The position numbers were made by a program, and so were the translations under genes. A model generated the notes under the pieces. The model was not told where the DNA came from. It worked only from the letters and a program-made list of their open reading frames with translations, and did not search any database. This document shows, in pieces, positions 57,095 to 64,000 of a stretch of DNA of 64,000 nucleotides (positions are counted from its first letter, which is position 1; each line of letters starts with the position of its first letter). Source of the stretch: an uncultured Gemmatimonadales bacterium (GTDB taxonomy: Bacteria > Gemmatimonadota > Gemmatimonadetes > Longimicrobiales > RSA9); contig CAWCUS010000006.1 in the NCBI GenBank assembly GCA_963798845.1, forward strand, positions 1,248,001-1,312,000. The letters are read 5' to 3'.

Positions 57095-58888
57095 TCAGCG
57101 CTCCAGCGTGGGCACCATGGCGGGCGGGCGGCGGTGGTGCGTCGCCTGCTCGAAGGCGTGGGCGAGGCCGATGAGCTTCGGCTCGGTCCAGGCGCCGGCG
57201 AAGAAGCTGAGTCCCACGGGGAGGTCGAACACGTAGCCCATGGGCACGGTGACGTGCGGGTAGCCCGCCACGGCCGCTGGCGTGGATGAGCCGCCGAGGA
57301 AGTGGTCCCCGTTCACCAGGTCGATGGCCCACGATGGGCTGTCCGTGGGGCAGATGATGGCGTCCAGCTGGTGCTCGGCGATGAGCGCATCGATCCCCTC
57401 CGGTCCCGCCATCCGCTTCGACTTCTCCAGCGCGTCCCGGTACTCCTGCTCGTCCAGACCGCCCTTCTCCTGGGCGCGGATGAACGTCTCCTGCCCGAAC
57501 CACTTCAGCTCCTCGTCGGCGTGGTCGTTGTTGAACGCGATGGCGTCGGCCAGCGTCCGGATCGGCACGCCCGTGCGCGTGGCCAGGTACGCGTTCAGGT
57601 CGTGCTTGAACTCGTACAGGAGGACCGTGAACTCCGCGTCGTTGTAATCGCCATCGTGCGGCATCTCCAGCTTGTCGATCACGGTGGCGCCCGCGTCCCG
57701 GAGCGCGGCCAGCGCGGCTTCGTACAGCCGATCGCCCTCGGGCGAGTAGCCCGTGAACGAGCCGCCCAGCGCACCCAGCCGCGCCCCCTTCAGCGCGCCC
57801 GCGTCGAGGAAGCGGGTGTAGTCCTCGGCGATGTGCCCTTTCGCCGCCGCCGTGGCCCGGTCGGACGGGTCGACGCCCGCCATCACCGTGAGCAATGCGG
57901 CCGCGTCGGCCACGGTGCGTGCCATGGGGCCGGCGGTGTCCTGGCTGTGGGAGATCGGAACGATGCCGTCGCGACTGACCAGCCCCAGCGTCGGCTTGAT
58001 GCCCACCACGCCGTTGGCCGTGGACGGGCACACCACGCTCCCGTCCGTCTCCGTCCCGATGGCGATCGCGCACAGGTTGGCCGACACCGCCGCGCCGCTC
58101 CCGGAGCTCGAGCCGCACGGGCTCCGGTCCAGCACGTTCGGGTTGCGGCACTGCCCGCCCCGCCCGCTCCACCCGCTCGACGACTGGTTCCCCCGGAAGT
58201 TGGCCCACTCGCTCAGGTTGGTCTTCCCGATCAGCACCGCGCCGGCGTCCCGCAGCCGCTTCACCAGGAACGAGTCGTCCGGCGCCGGCGCCCCCACCAG
58301 CGCCAGCGACCCGGCCGTCGTCAGCATACGGTCGCCCGTGTCGATGTTGTCCTTGATCATGATCGGGACGCCGTGCAGCGGACCGCGGACCTTTCCCGCC
58401 TTCCGTTCTGCGTCGCGCGCGTCCGCGATCGCCAGCGCGTCCGGGTTCCTCTCGATCACCGCCCGCAGCGTCGGCCCCGAACCGTCCACCGAATCGATCC
58501 GATCGAGGTACAGCTGCGCCAGCTGCCGCGCCGTCCATTTCCCGCCCCGCATTCCCTCCTGGAGACCGGCCACGGTGACCTCCTCCAGCTCGAACGGCGT
58601 GACGCCGGGAGACCGCACCCCGCCGGCCCCGGCGGCTGCCCCCCCGGCCTCGGCGGTTGCCCCCCCGGCCTCCACGGCTGATGCACCGGCGCCCGCCCCA
58701 GCCACCGGTGCACCGGCGGCTGCGGACGCCCCGGAAACGCACGCGGACAGCGGCCCGCCCACCGCGAGCGCGCCACCCGCCACCGCGGCGGAGCGAAGAA
58801 AGGTGCGGCGGTCCAGGCCGCGAGCGGCGCCGGAGGGTCGGTCCTCTTCGGTTTGGTCGGGGCGGGAAACGTCGGGCTGCGTCATCAT
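57095..58888 (-). CDS. Tat-exported amidase-signature enzyme (peptide amidase-like)
   Basis: DRRTFLRS Tat motif; IKDNI, GKTNLSEWANFR, GSSSGS and GTETDGS (Ser-cisSer-Lys). Confidence 0.92.
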   Translation of the reverse strand: MMTQPDVSRPDQTEEDRPSGAARGLDRRTFLRSAAVAGGALAVGGPLSACVSGASAAAGAPVAGAGAGASAVEAGGATAEAGGAAAGAGGVRSPGVTPFELEEVTVAGLQEGMRGGKWTARQLAQLYLDRIDSVDGSGPTLRAVIERNPDALAIADARDAERKAGKVRGPLHGVPIMIKDNIDTGDRMLTTAGSLALVGAPAPDDSFLVKRLRDAGAVLIGKTNLSEWANFRGNQSSSGWSGRGGQCRNPNVLDRSPCGSSSGSGAAVSANLCAIAIGTETDGSVVCPSTANGVVGIKPTLGLVSRDGIVPISHSQDTAGPMARTVADAAALLTVMAGVDPSDRATAAAKGHIAEDYTRFLDAGALKGARLGALGGSFTGYSPEGDRLYEAALAALRDAGATVIDKLEMPHDGDYNDAEFTVLLYEFKHDLNAYLATRTGVPIRTLADAIAFNNDHADEELKWFGQETFIRAQEKGGLDEQEYRDALEKSKRMAGPEGIDALIAEHQLDAIICPTDSPSWAIDLVNGDHFLGGSSTPAAVAGYPHVTVPMGYVFDLPVGLSFFAGAWTEPKLIGLAHAFEQATHHRRPPAMVPTLER

Positions 58889-58967
58889 CACCGTGCCTTG
58901 ATCAGGTGGGAAGCCGGACCGCTCGCTGATATAGCGAGCGGCTGCGGCCCGGGAAAGGTCGCTCCCG

Positions 58968-59198
58968 GCCCGCGGACCGGCGGGCGGCCCGCGGACCGGC
59001 GGACTGCCCGGCGGGTGCCCGGCGGACGGGGTGCCCGCGGACCGGCGGGTGGCCCGCGGACGGGGGTGCCCGCGGACCGGCGGGTGGCCCGAGGACGGGG
59101 GTGCCGTACCGGCGCGTGGCCCGAGAACGGGCGGGTCGCCCGCGGACCCGGCGGACTGCCCGCGGACCCGGCGGACTGCCCGCGGACCCGGCGGACGT
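58968..59198. repeat. Degenerate tandem array built on CCCGCGGACC(C)GGCGG
   Basis: Many consecutive 16-20 bp variants upstream of the amidase, including three near-identical CCCGCGGACCCGGCGGAC units. Confidence 0.8.
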
Positions 59199-59244
59199 CT
59201 GGAGAACGGGCGGGCCGGGAGGAGGGCTCCCTCTCTCCCGGAAA

Positions 59245-59353
59245 GTCTCTCCACATGGAGACAAACAACGCCGGAGGCGCTTGATATAAATGTCTGGTAT
59301 ATAACGACTTACGTTTATGTATCCCGGACGATGATCTCTCCATCTGGAGAGAA
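59245..59353. promoter_or_regulatory. Tripartite element, copy 2 (inverted relative to copy 1), in the amidase / yhaO-like divergent region
   Basis: GTCTCTCCACATGGAGACAA (59245-59264) and ATCTCTCCATCTGGAGAGAA (59334-59353) flank an AT-rich core containing AACGACTTA (59303-59311). Confidence 0.6.
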
Positions 59354-59420
59354 ATCCCGGGGAGACGGGTGCAGCCACCTGCCGCCGACCGGGGCGCGAG
59401 GAGCGCCTCCGACGGTCTGT

Positions 59421-59520
59421 TCGGGAGCGTCCTCGGGCCGTCGTCGGGAGCGTCCTCGGGCCGTCGTCGGGAGCGTCCTCCGGCCGTCGTCGGGAGCGTC
59501 TCCGGCCGTCGTCGGGAGCG
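59421..59520. repeat. 23-bp tandem repeat x~4.5
   Basis: TCGGGAGCGTCCTCGGGCCGTCG units starting at 59421, 59444, 59467, 59490 and 59512. Confidence 0.9.
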
Positions 59521-59657
59521 CCCGCCGCGTGGGCCACGTCGCGGGGGCCCCGTCGCGGGGTCCTTCCCGCCCGACTCGCCTGTCCTCTGTCGTACCCCCG
59601 TGTTACCCTACACGCGGTCGTAACCACCGCCGAACGCAAGACCCGAGCATCACCCGC

Positions 59658-60968
59658 ATGTCCGACGTCAAGCTGCTGTGCGCGGCCGATCTGCACCTGG
59701 GCCGCAGGCCCACTCGTCTGCCCGGCGCCGCCGGGTCGATCACCGCTGCGTCATCGTGGCTGGACCTGGTGGAACGGGCGGTGGCGGAGGGGATGGTCGG
59801 GGTGCTGCTGGCTGGCGACATCGTGGATGAGGAGAACCGCTACTTCGAGGCGTACGGACCGCTCGAGGCGGGGGTTCGGCGTCTGAAGGAGGCCGGCATC
59901 GCGCTCGTCGCGGTGGCGGGGAACCATGACCACGCGACGCTGCACGAGGTGGCCGCCGAAGTGGGGCAGGGGCACCTGGTGGTGCTCGGCCGGGGGGGCG
60001 CGTGGGAGCGGCATACGATCCGCGACGCGGAAGGGAAGGCGCTGGTCCACGTGGATGGCTGGTCGTTCCCGGAGTCGCGCTGGGGCGAGGACCCGACCGC
60101 GGGCTACGGTTTCGAGTCGCCGGCGGACGGCGCGCCCGTGGTGGGCCTTCTGCATTGCGACCTGGACGCGCGCGAAAGCCGGTACGCGCCCGTCGTCGGC
60201 CGCACACTCGCCGGGTCGGGCCCGGATGCCTGGGTGCTCGGGCACGTCCACAAGCCGCGGCTGGACGCGAGCGCGGGCGTGCCCATGCTGTATCCTGGCT
60301 CTCTGGCCGCGCTGGATCCGGGCGAGCCGGGGCGCCACGGCGGCTGGCTGCTGGAGACCGGCTGCGGGGCACCGGCGCGGTTCAGGCCCATCGCGCTGTC
60401 GCGGGTGCGGTACGAGGATGTGGACGTGGCGCTGGACGGAGTGGACGACGAGGCGGCCGTGCGCGCCCGGGTTGTGGGCGCGCTGCGCGAACGCCTCGAC
60501 GCCGTGGTCGACGAGGGCTGCGGTCCACTGGAGATCCTCTCGTGTCGGCTGCGGCTCGGCGGCCGGACGCCGCTGCACCACCGTGTCTCCGCCGCCCTGG
60601 GTCGGATCGAGGACCTGGACCTTGCCGAGCGGCAGGGCGTCCGGCTCTCGGTCCAGCCCCGGTTCGACGACGACACCGCGCCCGCGCTGGACCTGGTCGA
60701 GCTCGCCCGGGGCAGCGACGCCCCGGCGCTCCTCGCCCGGCTCCTCCTCGCGCTGGAGGGGCGAAGCGACGCGGCCTCGCTGCTCGAAGGCGTGCTCGGC
60801 GACTGCCGCTCCGCCGCCGACCGCGTCCTGTCCCGTTCGCACTTCGCGGCCGTGGCGGAGGCGGAGTCCGGCGATGAGGGTGGAGGCGGGGTCGACCCGA
60901 GCGCGGCCCTCCGTCGCCAGGCATACCGGCTGCTCGACGAGCTGATGCGCACGAAGGCGGTGGCATGA
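59658..60968 (+). CDS. SbcD/Mre11-like metallophosphoesterase DNA repair nuclease (YhaO-like)
   Basis: ADLHLG, AGDIVD, GNHD, LLH, LGHVH and YPGS motifs. Confidence 0.9.
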   Translation: MSDVKLLCAADLHLGRRPTRLPGAAGSITAASSWLDLVERAVAEGMVGVLLAGDIVDEENRYFEAYGPLEAGVRRLKEAGIALVAVAGNHDHATLHEVAAEVGQGHLVVLGRGGAWERHTIRDAEGKALVHVDGWSFPESRWGEDPTAGYGFESPADGAPVVGLLHCDLDARESRYAPVVGRTLAGSGPDAWVLGHVHKPRLDASAGVPMLYPGSLAALDPGEPGRHGGWLLETGCGAPARFRPIALSRVRYEDVDVALDGVDDEAAVRARVVGALRERLDAVVDEGCGPLEILSCRLRLGGRTPLHHRVSAALGRIEDLDLAERQGVRLSVQPRFDDDTAPALDLVELARGSDAPALLARLLLALEGRSDAASLLEGVLGDCRSAADRVLSRSHFAAVAEAESGDEGGGGVDPSAALRRQAYRLLDELMRTKAVA

Positions 60969-63900
60969 GCGACGCGCTGCGGTTCCTCCGCCTGGCGGTG
61001 CGTCGCATGCCCGGGTTCCCGAGGGGCGGGCTGGTCCTGGACGGCCTGTCACCGGGGGTGACGCTGATCCACGGGGCCAACGCTTCCGGAAAGACCACGG
61101 CCGCCCGTGCGCTGCACGCCGCGCTCTGGAGCACTACCGCTCCCGATGGTGCGGCGCTGGATGCGCGTTTCGAGCTGGGGGGCGTGGAATGGCTGGTGGA
61201 GCTGGACGCCCCACGGGTGCGCTGGCAGCGGGACGCCAGGGACGCGGGCGCGCCGCCTCTGCCCCCGGCGAACACCCGCGACCGTTACTTCCTCTCCCTG
61301 CACGGCCTGCTCGCTGCCGACCAGGACGAGCGCGACCTCGCCGCGCGCATCCGCGTGGAGTCCGCCGGCGGCTACGACGTCGCCGGCGCGGCGGCCGCCC
61401 TCAGGATCCAGTCGGCGGGCGTTCCGCGCGGTCTGCACGGGGCGCTGCGAGCGGCGGAGGCGCAGCTCCGGGAAGCGCAGGCGAGGGAGTCGGCGCTGAG
61501 GCACGACGCGGCGGATCTCGCGCGGCTGAAGGAGGAGCACGCCTCGGCCCAGTCGCGAGCGGCGCTCGTGGAGCCGGCGCGCCGCGCGCTCGAGCTGGCG
61601 CACGCCCGCGATCAGCTCGCCGAGGCGGAGGCCCGGCTGGCCGGCTTCCCCGACGGCATGGGCCACCTGGACGGCCGCGAGCCGGAGCGGCTGAAAGCCG
61701 CCGCAGAGTCGGCCGCGGAGGCGGAGCGCGCGCTGGCCGCGGCGGAAGCGTCCGCGATCGCCGCGGCTCGGCAGCTCACGGAGGCGGGGCTGGGAGAGGA
61801 GGGTCTTCCGGGCGATGTCCTGGCCGAGATCGAGGCGCGGCTGGACCGTGCCCGCTCGCTCGAAGAGGCAGTCGCCCGCGACAGCGACGCCCTCGCCACC
61901 GCCCGCGCGGAGCGCGTTCGGTCCGGCGCGCTGCTGGGGATCGCCGAAGGCGCGGAGCCGCTGCCCGACGCGTCGGCCGCGGACGCCGAAGCGCTCGACG
62001 CGCTGCTCCGGCGGGCCCAGAGAGTGACGGAGCGGCGCGCCGCGCTGGACGAGCGGCTCCGCGTTCTCGGCACCGCTGGTGCCGCGGGAGCGGACGGGGA
62101 ATCCGATCCTGCGGCCACGGACCCCGACCGGGTGTCGGAGATGGAGGACGCCGCGAGCGCGCTCCGCGAGTGGCTTCGGACCCCGGCGGCCGGCGGCGCG
62201 ACGGAGCGCCGGCTGCGCGCCCTGGTGCTTGCGGCGGCGGTCGTACTGGGCGCCGCGGGAGCCGTCGCGTTTCTCCTGGGCATCCCGGTGCTCGGGACCC
62301 TCGCGCTGGTGGCCGGCATAGCCCTCCTCGTCCTGCGCCCCGCGAGCGGGGCCGACGACCGGAGCCCGCTCGAGCGGCGTGCAGAGCGGGCGGGCGAGGC
62401 GCCGGATGCGTGGAAGCCCGACCACGTCGAGGAGGCGCTGCGGCGGCTCGAGAAGCGCCTGGCGGCCGCGCGCCAGGCGGAGCGCCGCGCCGAGGGGATC
62501 GCCGCCCTGGAAGCGCTGCGCCCCGAGCTGGACCGGGACGAAGCGTCTCTCGCGGCGCAGCGGGATCGCGTGGCCGCAGCGCTGGGGCTCGCCCCCGTCG
62601 GCGACCTGGCCCTGCACCTGGCCGCCACTCGGCTCCGGGAGTGGGGCGCGGCCCGGACCGAGGAGGTGCGCCGTGAGGCCTCGCTGGCCGGCCACGCGGG
62701 CGCCCTGTCGGCGACGCTCGCCGCCGCCGCATCGCTCGCCGGGCCGTTCGCGCCGGCGGACGCGTGCAGCAGGGCCACCGGCAGCGCCGACGCGCTGTCG
62801 GCGCTGGCCAGGGAGCTGCGCGCGAAACGTGAGCTGCACACGGCCGCCATTGCCGCCCGCGACAGGGCCCGGGACGACCGGGATCGCGCCCTGGCCGCGA
62901 AGGAGGCCGCGGACCTGGCGCGCGCCGCGGTCTTCGAGGCCGCCGGGCTCCAGCCGGATCGGGAGCACGAGCTCCGCGCCCGCGCGGCGCAGGTCGGGGA
63001 GTTCCGGGAGGCCGAGCGCCTGGCGGAGCGGGCCCGCACCGCCGCTTCCCTGGCCGAGGCGCGACTGGCCGAGAGCGCGACTGGCCGGAGCGGCGCCGCC
63101 CGGAGGCGCGCCGCCAGGAGGAGCTGCGGCGGCCGTGCTGCTGGCCGCGGGTGGCGTCGCCTCGCTCGAAAGCTCTCTGCAGGAAGCGGTGGCCGCGCAG
63201 GCCGCGGCGGAGCGGCTCGGCACCCGCATCACGGAGATCCGGACGCGGCTCGCCGAGGCGCGTCGGAAGCACGACGTGGAGGAGGCGCTGGCGGAGGTGG
63301 CGAGGGCACGCGGCGCGCTCCGCGACCAGCGCGACGACGACGTGGAAGCCGAGATCGGCGTCACCCTGGTGGAGTGGCTGCGCGCCCACGCCACGGAGCA
63401 CGGGCGCCCGGCCGTTTTCGACCGGGCGAGGGATCTGCTTTCGGAGATCACCCGCCACCGCCATGTGCTCGACCTGGGCGACGACGGGGCCTTCCGAGCC
63501 CGCGACACCGTGACCGGCCGCGGCTACGCGCTCGCCGAGCTCTCCTCCGGCACCCGGCTCCAGCTCCTGCTGGCCGTGCGCGTGGCGTTCGTGGAGACCA
63601 TGGAGGCCGGCGCCGCGCTGCCGCTCCTCCTCGACGAGGTGCTCGCCAACTCCAATGACGCCCGTGCCGCCGCCATCATCGAGGCGGCCATCGCCCTCGC
63701 CCGGGGCGGACGCCAGGTCCTCTATTTCACCGCCCAGGCCGACGAGATCGCGAAGTGGCGGCGTGCACTGGAGGCCGCCCGGGACGTGGACTGGTGCGTC
63801 CGGTCGCTCGACGGCGCGGCTGGCGAAGCGCTCCCGCCGCAGTGGAGCGACTCCTCTCCCGAGCCGGTGCCCGCGCCCGGCGACCTCGACTACGACGGCT

Positions 63901-64000
63901 ACGGCCGGCTCCTGGATGTGCCGCGGCTCGACCCGTGGGAGTCGGGGATCGGAGGGCTCCACCTCTGGTACCTGCTGGACGACGCGGCGGCGCTGCACGG
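60965..64000 (+). CDS. YhaN/SbcC-like coiled-coil ABC ATPase; +1 frameshift near 63080; runs off the right edge
   Basis: ATGA overlap; Walker A GANASGKT; long coiled coil with a TM hairpin; after the frame change LSSGTRLQLLLAVR, LLLDEVLANSND and VLYFTAQ. Confidence 0.85.

Noticed and set aside
59421..59520. 23-bp repeats (also the 24- and 29-bp arrays at 51.7-52.2 kb) as a CRISPR array
   Set aside because: Units are directly adjacent with no unique spacers, and no cas genes are present.
1..64000. tRNA, rRNA, riboswitch, prophage, transposase or integrase genes
   Set aside because: None recognised by eye; tRNAscan-SE/Infernal would be needed to exclude small RNAs.

Overview
Very GC-rich bacterial chromosome segment. 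Two ADOP permeases, an S46 peptidase, a DUF5916-like protein and many signal-peptide, lipoprotein and Tat proteins suggest Gemmatimonadota/Acidobacteriota-like origin; this is inferred, not proven. About 49 protein genes are supported; no rRNA, tRNA, CRISPR array, transposase or integrase was seen. All family calls come from motif recognition, with no database search. Main content: (1) secreted peptide- and glycan-scavenging enzymes (S10, S46, GH53, GH38, GH13, esterase, patatin); (2) a trans-4-hydroxy-L-proline dehydratase-type glycyl radical enzyme (hypD) plus activase, in a genome that also encodes heme A synthase; (3) an uncharacterised envelope redox/sensing locus at 22.5-31.1 kb with a candidate sigma54 promoter and enhancer, a four-His cytochrome-b-like protein, a DUF6644-like protein, three Tat-exported Rieske proteins with N-terminal CxxC, an NtrC-type two-component pair, a porin, a periplasmic binding protein and a zinc-ribbon gene; (4) a HipA-like kinase/DUF3037 pair; (5) a fused, animal-like FTCD; (6) a Tat amidase/PLP trans-sulfuration enzyme/NhaC operon; (7) a YhaO/YhaN (SbcD/SbcC-like) pair running off the right end. 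Non-coding structure includes a ~108-bp tripartite palindrome-core-palindrome element present twice (20.7 and 59.3 kb), a perfect 26-bp inverted repeat filling the ftcD-ctaA gap, a symmetric box array at 51.5-51.7 kb, and many tandem repeats, one in-frame inside a methyltransferase. Four genes carry single +1 frameshifts, most likely assembly errors.
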